Shown in pieces: positions 9,597 through 17,161 of a stretch of 64,000 nucleotides of DNA. Positions within the stretch are counted from its first letter, which is position 1; every line of letters starts with the position of its first letter. Location: positions 364,365 to 428,364 of the forward strand of contig JAIOOW010000003.1 in NCBI GenBank assembly GCA_021414205.1, read 5' to 3'. The notes beneath the pieces were generated by a model. That model was given only the letters and a program-made list of their open reading frames with translations, ran no database searches and was not told the DNA's origin. Made by a program: the position numbers and the translations under genes. The DNA comes from Candidatus Anderseniibacteriota bacterium. GTDB lineage: Bacteria; Patescibacteriota; Andersenbacteria; UBA10190.

Positions 9597-10153
9597 ATCG
9601 TTTTAATTTCCTGCTCTTTAGAATCGATAGTTTTTTGGAGTTCGTCTTGAGCCTTCCCAATCAGTTCATCGAGATACTTTTTTCCTCCATAAAAATCGTC
9701 TTCAGACATTCTCCCAGCCTCTTTTTCTTGTTTCAAAAACTTTAAGGCTTCGTCTCTCCCCTTTCGCATGCGGATACGCGTTTCTTCTGCTTTAGCATGT
9801 AGGGTTTTTATAGTCTGCAAGCGAACTTCTTCTGTCAATGACTGGAATGAAAGTCGCAGTACTGCACCGTCTATCGTCGGCATCACGCCAACGTTCGCTT
9901 CTATAATCGCCTTTTCGATTGCGGGAATGGTGCTTTTATCCCATGGAGAAACAACAAGCGTTCGGGCGTCCATATTTGAAACGCTCGCGACGGCTTTAAT
10001 AGGGTTTCGGGCTCCGTATACTTCAACGGAAATATCTTCAATAATGGCTGGCTTTACTCTGCCAGAGCGAAGCCCTGCTATTTCGCTTTGAAACCAATTA
10101 AATGCTTCATCTTGGGATTCTTTAAATATTGTTTCTGCTTTGGGTATAGACAT
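9593..10153 (-). CDS. frr: ribosome recycling factor
   Basis: RRF family by sequence (…AGLRSGRVKPAIIEDISVEVYG…). I place the start at the internal Met (MSIPKAE), 2 nt after the holB stop; the track ORF extends to 10195. Confidence 0.85.
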   Translation of the reverse strand: MSIPKAETIFKESQDEAFNWFQSEIAGLRSGRVKPAIIEDISVEVYGARNPIKAVASVSNMDARTLVVSPWDKSTIPAIEKAIIEANVGVMPTIDGAVLRLSFQSLTEEVRLQTIKTLHAKAEETRIRMRKGRDEALKFLKQEKEAGRMSEDDFYGGKKYLDELIGKAQDELQKTIDSKEQEIKTI

Positions 10154-10157
10154 AGTG

Positions 10158-10877
10158 TTACTGTACAGTATTTCGTAATTCGGTAAGAGACGCAAGGAGG
10201 ATATCGGAAGCCAGTTTTATATTCCCTCCCGGAATGCTTGCTGTTTTGTAGTATTCTTTTAATCTTGTGGCCATTTTTGCTAATTGCATGTTTGAACCGT
10301 ATTGCATCGCATATGCATGCAGTATGCGTTCTATGTCTCGCAATTCTTCATCGGTATATGGCCCAGTTGGCCGTATGGCGGAATATGTTGTAAGCAGCTG
10401 GAGTATATCTATAGGTTCCGCCTTCACTTCCTCTTCATCGCTTAATGCGAGAACTATGCATCGCGATTTGATTGTCGTAAGTACACTCCGCTTTGCGGGA
10501 GAACCCAGTAAAAATCTGGTGGAGACTGCAGATTCTTCGAGCGTTTTCAGTAGCATGTTTGCAGACTCCGGAAGCAGTTGTTCTGCTTGCGGAATACACA
10601 CGATTCGTTTGCCTGAAGTTGGTCTTGAGGAAATAGTTGCTTTAAATGCTTTAATGTCTTTTACGGATATCGTTTTCTTTCCGTCTTCAGCGCGAATCAT
10701 GATCGCATCAGGATGATTGCCGACAGCAGATTGCTTGCCCGGCAATGCATGGGCAATTGCGAATGCGCACAGCTCCTCTAGCTGTTCTTGATTATGGGAA
10801 ATAGCCAGGATCGGCTGTTCTGCGTACGTTGAATCAATCCAAGAACGTATCTGCGTACGAACGCTATCTGGAATCAT
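10158..10877 (-). CDS. holB: DNA polymerase III delta-prime subunit (short form)
   Basis: 239 aa with an AAA+-like clamp-loader fold, LLKTLEE(S) box and TIKSRC sensor motif. Confidence 0.7.
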   Translation of the reverse strand: MIPDSVRTQIRSWIDSTYAEQPILAISHNQEQLEELCAFAIAHALPGKQSAVGNHPDAIMIRAEDGKKTISVKDIKAFKATISSRPTSGKRIVCIPQAEQLLPESANMLLKTLEESAVSTRFLLGSPAKRSVLTTIKSRCIVLALSDEEEVKAEPIDILQLLTTYSAIRPTGPYTDEELRDIERILHAYAMQYGSNMQLAKMATRLKEYYKTASIPGGNIKLASDILLASLTELRNTVQ

Positions 10878-11746
10878 TTTCGCTTTGAAATGTAGTACAG
10901 GAGCGGCGGTGCTACGAAGATAGATGAATATGCTCCCGTGATAATGCCGATAATAAGCGCTACTACGAACCAGCGAATGGACGATCCTCCGAAAATTAAT
11001 ACAGCAGTCAACGAGAGTAGTGTTGTAAGCGATGTGTTAATGGATCGTCCCATTGTTAGAATGAGCGCGCGGTCTATTACTTCTAAGAAGCTCTTGCCTC
11101 GTGATGCCATCCATTCCGATCGCAATCTGTCGAATATGACAATCGTATCGTTTACGGAATATCCCAAGATGGCAAGCTGAGCGGTAATAAATAGCGTATC
11201 AATTTCTGCTCCCCACAATTTACCAAACACTACGAAGAATGCCGTTACCAAGAACAGGTCATGAACTAATGCGTAGATAGCTGCCACGCCGAATTTCCAT
11301 GGAGCAAGGAGTCCGCTCGCGTTTCTGAACGTGTATGCCAAGTAGATAATCATTACTACGAGCACGATGACGATAGCGTTTGTTGATTTGGATCGAAGTT
11401 CTTTTCCGATTGTCGGACCGATTTGCTCGAATGCAATTTCCTTACCCGTCATAATTTTTGCATCTTGCAACGTGGTAATAATTTTCGTATGAGTTGCATC
11501 ATCGATAGACGGAGTTTTAATTCGAATGGTTCCATCTTGCGTACCCTCCGCCTGCGCTTCGATATGGAATTGATTTGCTAGGAGCTGCTTCACCTCATCT
11601 GATTTTTCAGGATTAGCCTGGATTTCTATGGATGATCCGCCGGTAAAGTCAATGCCGAAGTTGGGCTTGATGGCGAAAATGAGAATCGTACTGACGATAA
11701 TTGTCGTTACTGATATAGTCATCCAGATTTTAGGATTCTTCATCAT
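10874..11746 (-). CDS. secF: protein translocase subunit SecF
   Basis: 290 aa with 6 TM segments and the SecD/SecF C-terminal motif. It lies downstream of secD with a 3-nt gap. Confidence 0.85.
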   Translation of the reverse strand: MMKNPKIWMTISVTTIIVSTILIFAIKPNFGIDFTGGSSIEIQANPEKSDEVKQLLANQFHIEAQAEGTQDGTIRIKTPSIDDATHTKIITTLQDAKIMTGKEIAFEQIGPTIGKELRSKSTNAIVIVLVVMIIYLAYTFRNASGLLAPWKFGVAAIYALVHDLFLVTAFFVVFGKLWGAEIDTLFITAQLAILGYSVNDTIVIFDRLRSEWMASRGKSFLEVIDRALILTMGRSINTSLTTLLSLTAVLIFGGSSIRWFVVALIIGIITGAYSSIFVAPPLLYYISKRK

Positions 11747-11748
11747 AG

Positions 11749-13098
11749 CTAGTTGGAAGACTGTTTAATTGCTTTAGCGCCAAGCAAGAACGGCGTATGG
11801 GTTTTCGGATTCATAAACACAATATTAAGGATGCCGCGGCTTACCGTAATTGCGGTAAACATCGATAGGATAATTCCGAGCGAGAATGTGAGTGCGAACC
11901 CTCGTACAATAGATGTTCCGAATCCGTACAGTACGAATCCTGTAATCAAGCTTGAAATGTTTGATGCTGAAATGGAACTCCATGCGGCAGAAAATCCTTC
12001 TTTAAGCGCGAAGGAAACTGTTTTTCCGCTTCTTACGTTTTCTCTGAATCGCTCAAAGATCAGTACGTTGGCATCCACGGCCATTCCGATGGACATAATG
12101 AAGCCCGCAATACCTGCAAGGGTGAGTGTGACGGGGATTAATTTCATGATTGCGAAAAAGAGTGTGACATAAATGAGGAGCGCAATAGATGCGATAACGC
12201 CCGGTAATCGGTATCTGAATACGAGCCATGCAATAACGGCGATAATGCCAACTAGCCCCGCTCTCATGCTTTTTGTGATAGCAGTTTGCCCAAGGCTCGG
12301 GCTGATAACGCTTTGGCCGATCAATTCAATTGGTACTGGTAATGCCCCGGAGTTTAATCCTCGAACAATTTGCTTCGCTTCATCGAGCGTGTAGCTTCCG
12401 GTAATGACTGCTCGCCCATCAGGAATGGCGGACTGCACCGTTGGAGCTTGGATGATGGCGCCGTCTAAGTAAATGGCGATTTGTTTTCCGATATTGTCTT
12501 TCGTAATTTGGGCGAATAGCTTTGTACCATCTGCATCAAAATTGAGGGTAATTTGTGGTTGGCCTGTCGTTTGGTCGAATTCAACAGTAGCTTTTTTCAA
12601 GTTTTTTCCAGATAATCCTGTCGGAACAAATACGTCCGTGGTGAGTGCGCTGTTTCCAGCTTGCGCTTGGATTGCTTTTAACTCATCCGTCGTCGGCTCT
12701 CGTCGAAAATCCAAAGTCGGAGTTTGTCCGATCTGTGCCTTTGCCTGTTCTGGGTCTTGTACTCCTGCAAGCTCCACGATAACGCGGTACTGGCCTTGTA
12801 CGACGCTCGTTTGGATGAGCGGTTCAGATACGCCGAACGCGTTTACTCTGCGTTCAATAACGTCTCGGACGCCGGCAAGCGCTTCGGTAGGGTCCTCTCC
12901 GTTTGTTTTATCGATATCCGCCTTATATTCCAATCGAGTTCCTCCCTTTAAATCTAAGCCCAGCTTTACATTTAAATCGCGACTAAAGCTTCCAAGCGAA
13001 ATACTAGGATGTTTCGGGCTATCTACCCATCCTGCAAGGCCGACAACAATAGCCAATACAACCCCCCACATAATCGTTCTTCTGGTACTTCGTAACAT
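11749..13098 (-). CDS. secD: protein translocase subunit SecD
   Basis: 449 aa with an N-terminal TM segment, a periplasmic domain, and a C-terminal 6-TM SecD/F core. Confidence 0.85.
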   Translation of the reverse strand: MLRSTRRTIMWGVVLAIVVGLAGWVDSPKHPSISLGSFSRDLNVKLGLDLKGGTRLEYKADIDKTNGEDPTEALAGVRDVIERRVNAFGVSEPLIQTSVVQGQYRVIVELAGVQDPEQAKAQIGQTPTLDFRREPTTDELKAIQAQAGNSALTTDVFVPTGLSGKNLKKATVEFDQTTGQPQITLNFDADGTKLFAQITKDNIGKQIAIYLDGAIIQAPTVQSAIPDGRAVITGSYTLDEAKQIVRGLNSGALPVPIELIGQSVISPSLGQTAITKSMRAGLVGIIAVIAWLVFRYRLPGVIASIALLIYVTLFFAIMKLIPVTLTLAGIAGFIMSIGMAVDANVLIFERFRENVRSGKTVSFALKEGFSAAWSSISASNISSLITGFVLYGFGTSIVRGFALTFSLGIILSMFTAITVSRGILNIVFMNPKTHTPFLLGAKAIKQSSN

Positions 13099-13120
13099 AC
13101 AACCCTATTTGTACCCTAGC

Positions 13121-14032
13121 TTAGAGTTCTCTTGCAAGTGCCTGCAGGGCGGTAAAATTGCCTAAAACATCCCCCTTGGGCTCGTTGACGACGAATACAT
13201 CACCTCGGTTTTTAAATAAGCGCAAAAATTCTACTACCTGCTGTTTATTTGGGAATGTATCTTGGGTAAAGTCTGCATCCGTAATGCCGTCGTGAGAGTC
13301 CGTTCCATTATACGGAGGCGTAATGACGTTCATATGAATGAGGCGTGTGCGTGGCGCCATGCGTGCCGAAAAATCCATAACGCGTTGCCATGCGATGTTT
13401 GCGTCTTTCTCCTCTACTAATATGCGCGTTGCCGTATGAGAAATATCGTTCGCAAACCATGCACCTTGCTTGGCAGCTAGCTCGAGATTCTCTAGCGATA
13501 TATTTCTTGAATCATATATATCGAATCGGTCGTGGTTGATTCTCGATTCTCGCGCCGTAATAGATTCTATAGTTAATAAAACATTCTTTGATTTCGCATA
13601 ATCTTCTAACTCTCGGGCAGCATCTAAAAATAGTTTTTGAGAAATTTCACGTGGCGTGTCTTTGCCGGGCATCATTTCCTGTTTCCAGTTTGCAAAGTCG
13701 ATCGTCTCAAGCGCTTCTGCGCCCGGGTGCGCGTTTACGTATGCACAGCCGATGCTGGCGCCAATATCAATCGTTTGTTTGATTTGGGAAATAGTTTCAT
13801 TACGAACATGCTCGTCTTGCGTGGCTAGGTTTGGTTTTATATTTTTATCTACTATTCCCCAGTGATGCAGTCCGATTGCAACATTATACTTCGTGAGCCA
13901 TTCGAGCATGTCGTTGTATTCAAATGCTTTTGTTACATCGAACCACACTTCTGCCATGCGAGCGCCGGCATCGGTAACTACCGCTTGCCCTTCTGCAAAA
14001 TTTTTCGGCCCCGTTTTAATTCCGAGAATCAT
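13121..14032 (-). CDS. sugar phosphate isomerase/epimerase (xylose-isomerase-like TIM barrel, AP endonuclease family 2 fold)
   Basis: 303 aa with the family's His/Glu/Asp pattern (…HHWGIVD…NAHPG…IHMNV…). Confidence 0.55.
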   Translation of the reverse strand: MILGIKTGPKNFAEGQAVVTDAGARMAEVWFDVTKAFEYNDMLEWLTKYNVAIGLHHWGIVDKNIKPNLATQDEHVRNETISQIKQTIDIGASIGCAYVNAHPGAEALETIDFANWKQEMMPGKDTPREISQKLFLDAARELEDYAKSKNVLLTIESITARESRINHDRFDIYDSRNISLENLELAAKQGAWFANDISHTATRILVEEKDANIAWQRVMDFSARMAPRTRLIHMNVITPPYNGTDSHDGITDADFTQDTFPNKQQVVEFLRLFKNRGDVFVVNEPKGDVLGNFTALQALAREL

Positions 14033-14487
14033 AGTTCGCGCAGTTCATGCTCGATGATTATGTGCTGATCATTAAATACAAACCTGCCCTCAAATCGCTT
14101 TCCCCGCAAGAATAATGGGAACCAGTATTTGTCGTCTGCCCACATGCTATCGAATGGAATTTCATCTGCCGGAAACCATTGCGGTTTCATTTCGTCTGTT
14201 TCAATTAATTCCCCGCTAAAATCTATTGTCTTAAATATATGCACCTGCCAGACTTTTTCTTCTTCCGGCAATGTAAAATCCAATACGCCAACTTTTTCAA
14301 GATTGGAAACCACCAGCCCGCATTCTTCTAGCACTTCTCGCTTTGCGGCATCTTCAATATCCTCACCTTCTTCAACCTTTCCGCCGAATCCGTTCCACTT
14401 CCCTTCGCCCTTCCCGCGCTTAGCTTTCCCTAGCAATATCTTATCGCCTTGTTGGATGAGGCACAGGGTTAAAAGTTTTTTATTCAT
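14029..14487 (-). CDS. Nudix hydrolase (MutT-like)
   Basis: Nudix box GGKVEEGEDIEDAAKREVLEECGL. Confidence 0.85.
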   Translation of the reverse strand: MNKKLLTLCLIQQGDKILLGKAKRGKGEGKWNGFGGKVEEGEDIEDAAKREVLEECGLVVSNLEKVGVLDFTLPEEEKVWQVHIFKTIDFSGELIETDEMKPQWFPADEIPFDSMWADDKYWFPLFLRGKRFEGRFVFNDQHIIIEHELREL

Positions 14488-14489
14488 CT

Positions 14490-14825
14490 TTAAAACATTT
14501 TACTTCCGTTCGGAACGGGCATGGTGGGGCGGAACAATACGATATCGCCATGTTCGTCTGCAGTGCCCAGTGTGAGCGTTTCTGATATAAACGGCCCAAT
14601 CTGCTTTGGCGCAAAATTTACTACCCCAATAACTTGCGATCCGATTAGTTCTTCTTTTGTATAATGTTTTGTGATTTGCGCTGATGATTTTTTTGTCCCA
14701 ATTTCTGATCCAAAATCAATCGTCAGTTTGTACGCAGGCTTTCTCGCTTCCGGAAAATCCTCAGCAGTAACAATGGTTCCTACGCGAACATCTACGTTTT
14801 CAAAATCTTGGTACGAGATCGTCAT
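14490..14825 (-). CDS. tRNA-binding protein (CsaA/EMAP-II-like OB fold)
   Basis: 111 aa; the signature VDVRVGTIVTAE…KKSSAQITKHYTKEELIGSQVIGVVNF matches CsaA/MetRS-C tRNA-binding domains. Confidence 0.75.
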   Translation of the reverse strand: MTISYQDFENVDVRVGTIVTAEDFPEARKPAYKLTIDFGSEIGTKKSSAQITKHYTKEELIGSQVIGVVNFAPKQIGPFISETLTLGTADEHGDIVLFRPTMPVPNGSKMF

Positions 14826-14827
14826 GG

Positions 14828-15259
14828 CTATGCATCAAAATAATTTTTGCCAGTTTTGTACGCCTCAATATATTGGGGCTCTACTCCAAAAAGCGGGCTC
14901 GGTAAATTATCTATATCGTACCAGTCCCAATTTTCTCGCTTGTCTGGCTCCATCACTGTAGGCTCGCCACTTTTCCAGTCTGCAAGTATTCCAATGTCTA
15001 CATAATGCTTTGGAGCATATTTAGTTAGATTGGACAAGCATAAGAAGCGAATATTTTCGATCTCAATCCCCACTTCTTCCATTGTTTCCCGCTTTGCGCA
15101 TTCCTCGAACGATTCCATATATTCCAAGTGCCCGCCGGGACCACAATATTCACCAGCCCCATGCGCGCCCTTTCGCTTACCCATTAAAACCTTCCCATCT
15201 TTGATGATAAAAAGCCCGATTCCTACTCGTGGTCGTTGCTCTGGATTTTCTTGATTCAT
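14828..15259 (-). CDS. Nudix hydrolase
   Basis: Nudix box GPGGHLEYMESFEECAKRETMEEVGI. Confidence 0.85.
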   Translation of the reverse strand: MNQENPEQRPRVGIGLFIIKDGKVLMGKRKGAHGAGEYCGPGGHLEYMESFEECAKRETMEEVGIEIENIRFLCLSNLTKYAPKHYVDIGILADWKSGEPTVMEPDKRENWDWYDIDNLPSPLFGVEPQYIEAYKTGKNYFDA

Positions 15260-15265
15260 AGAATA

Positions 15266-15571
15266 TTACGATTCTTCTAAAATAATTCTTTTATCAAATT
15301 TACCACGCTTTTGAGCTTTTTCTGATTTTGTTTTTTCGATATCCTCTCGCGTAAATTTCTTATACGCAATAATTGCATCAAGAACTTCGAGCACGTCCGC
15401 AAGCTCTTCAACGCTTTCCGCTTCAGAAAATTCTTTCACTTCTTCGGCGAGTTTTTCTTTTAACTTTCCCCAATACTCCTCATCCGTAGCAATGTGCGTC
15501 ACTGCCTTCTCGCCCTTACTTTCTATAATTTCAGGAATATTGTCGCGTACCAGCTTGTTGTATATGGTCAT
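15266..15571 (-). CDS. MazG-like / phosphoribosyl-ATP-pyrophosphohydrolase-like all-alpha NTP pyrophosphatase
   Basis: 101 aa; [13 protein letters not shown]…[13 protein letters not shown] with EExxE metal motifs matches the small MazG-related family. Confidence 0.7.
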   Translation of the reverse strand: MTIYNKLVRDNIPEIIESKGEKAVTHIATDEEYWGKLKEKLAEEVKEFSEAESVEELADVLEVLDAIIAYKKFTREDIEKTKSEKAQKRGKFDKRIILEES

Positions 15572-16101
15572 AGTTCTGGAGGCACATTCATGACATGCTT
15601 TTTCATGTAAATATTCCGAAAATAGATTGCACCTACGCGGCGAAGCATTTCCATCGATATTCCATTATTGAATGCATATGTTTTTAATTGATCGTCCATT
15701 TCTGTTCCAAAATCATACACATTGAACATATCGAAAATAAATTCCTGAATTTCGTACGGATTTGTTTCCTCCCCTTCCGGACATCGTTCCATCAATTCCT
15801 CTGTATGGGTATCGATGTAATTTTTGAATCCGCTGTCGTTCAAATATTTCGTACCGTTTTCTGTGAGTTGGATTGGAGAACGGCTTGAATATGCGTTCGA
15901 TCGAACGTTATCAATATCCGATTTTAATTCGCTGATTCGATCTCCAAGTTCTTGTTTGGTATCGCTTGTTTTCTCGTTCAAGTTCTTAAGCGAAGTTTCA
16001 ATTCGAGCAAATCTGCTCCCTGCCTGCCATGCGATCACGAGCAGAGTCCCTAGTATCCCCAGCGCATATACCCAGTCGATTTGAATACTAATTTCGTTCA
16101 T
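15568..16101 (-). CDS. hypothetical membrane-anchored protein (N-terminal TM, coiled coil)
   Basis: 177 aa with a 4-nt overlap to the MazG-like gene. No family recognised. Confidence 0.5.
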   Translation of the reverse strand: MNEISIQIDWVYALGILGTLLVIAWQAGSRFARIETSLKNLNEKTSDTKQELGDRISELKSDIDNVRSNAYSSRSPIQLTENGTKYLNDSGFKNYIDTHTEELMERCPEGEETNPYEIQEFIFDMFNVYDFGTEMDDQLKTYAFNNGISMEMLRRVGAIYFRNIYMKKHVMNVPPEL

Positions 16102-16516
16102 GATTTAAGAGTACAGATAACAAACAAATGTCACAATCCGTCTCTTGACGCTTAGCACTCATGAGCGTAGAGTGCTAGATAGAAGTTACCTTCAACTGTC
16201 CTTGCAGTATAACAGAGGGCCAGCCAGAAAAAATTATTTGTAACCGGCAAGGCATATGTTGCATCTCGCTTAATTAGCGCAAATGTAACGCGGAAACCCC
16301 CTTATGGGTGACTCGGTTCAAAAATAATTTGGACTAGTTGCCTATCCGGGGGTTTCTTCTTGAAAAAAAGACAAGCTACTGCGCAGGAGTGGCGAATTTG
16401 AAGAGTCACCTTAAATATCTCCTGCACATGAGCTTGTCTTCTAGAAAGAACTTACCACTATAACGGCTTTTTTTGAGCTGTCAAGGTGGTGTGTATAACC
16501 ATTAATATTATATATC
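16102..16516. other. 415-bp divergent intergenic region with promoter-like elements and nested long hairpins; candidate regulatory RNA / operator region
   Basis: TTGACG-17-TAGAGT overlaps an inverted repeat agcactc…gagtgct (16147-16180). There is an 8-bp-stem long-range inverted repeat aaaccccc…gggggttt (16300-16360). A nested ~70-nt hairpin aagacaagct…gcaggag…ctcctgc…agcttgtctt lies at 16368-16441. No ORF is present. Confidence 0.35.
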
Positions 16517-16726
16517 ATGACTAGGAAACCAAAAATTGAAAAAAATCAGGCGAAGAACGGCGAGTTCTATCTAACGATAAAATCTGCAAATAATAGAAAA
16601 GTGATGACGAGCGGAGAGACGTATAAAAATCGTCAATCGTTGGATACTGCCCTTAAAGCAGCGAAGAGAATTATTAAAGGAGCAGAAGTTGTAGATAATA
16701 CGAAAAAGAAGAAGGCTACTAAATAG
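16517..16726 (+). CDS. YegP-like DUF1508 (UPF0339) small protein
   Basis: 69 aa; NGEFYLTIKSANNRKVMTSGETYKNRQSLDTALKAAKR matches the DUF1508 repeat signature. Confidence 0.75.
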   Translation: MTRKPKIEKNQAKNGEFYLTIKSANNRKVMTSGETYKNRQSLDTALKAAKRIIKGAEVVDNTKKKKATK

Positions 16727-16744
16727 TGGAGCTTTTCTTCGATT

Positions 16745-16786
16745 CCGCCTTATCTCGCAATTGAGATGAGGCGGTTACTATTTCTC
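16745..16786 (+). terminator. hairpin terminator after the yegP-like gene
   Basis: Stem ccgcct(16745-16750)/aggcgg(16769-16774) with an extended tatctc/gagatg inner pairing, followed by ttactatttctc. Confidence 0.45.
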
Positions 16787-16796
16787 ATGACACTTC

Positions 16797-17159
16797 TTAA
16801 GCCTCTTTCCAGTCCAGTTGGCTTTTTGGAATTCCGATGCCAAGTCCAAACTCTTCTGCCTTTGATCGTTCTAATACATCGCCCTTTTTGTAGCGATATA
16901 TTTGATTTGGGAAAACGATTATTTTTTCAGTTTCAGAAGTAAGGTCTACATACCATTTCCCTACATGAAGTGCTTTACTTAATTCTTTTGAGAATATTTC
17001 CGCACCACTATCTTTTATTTCAAACCAAGCTACGTTCCAGACGGAAGGTTGGCCTTCCGTAGAATTTTCTATATCCCAAGTTTCTTCTTTTGTAATTTTA
17101 AGTTGTTCCCAGAAACTTTGATCAGACAAGCTTTCTTTTATAATGAGGCCACGAAACAT
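16797..17159 (-). CDS. hypothetical protein (~120 aa) translationally coupled to secA
   Basis: The internal Met (MFRGLIIKE) lies 2 nt after the secA stop. The track ORF extends to 17177 and overlaps secA. No family recognised. Confidence 0.45.
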   Translation of the reverse strand: MFRGLIIKESLSDQSFWEQLKITKEETWDIENSTEGQPSVWNVAWFEIKDSGAEIFSKELSKALHVGKWYVDLTSETEKIIVFPNQIYRYKKGDVLERSKAEEFGLGIGIPKSQLDWKEA

Positions 17160-17161
17160 AT

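Noticed and set aside
16102-16516. tmRNA / RNase P RNA / SRP RNA in the long intergenic region
   Set aside because: I found no GGAAAGUCCGG (P4), no GGAAGCAGCCA (SRP domain IV), and no tRNA-like acceptor/T-arm ending in CCA.
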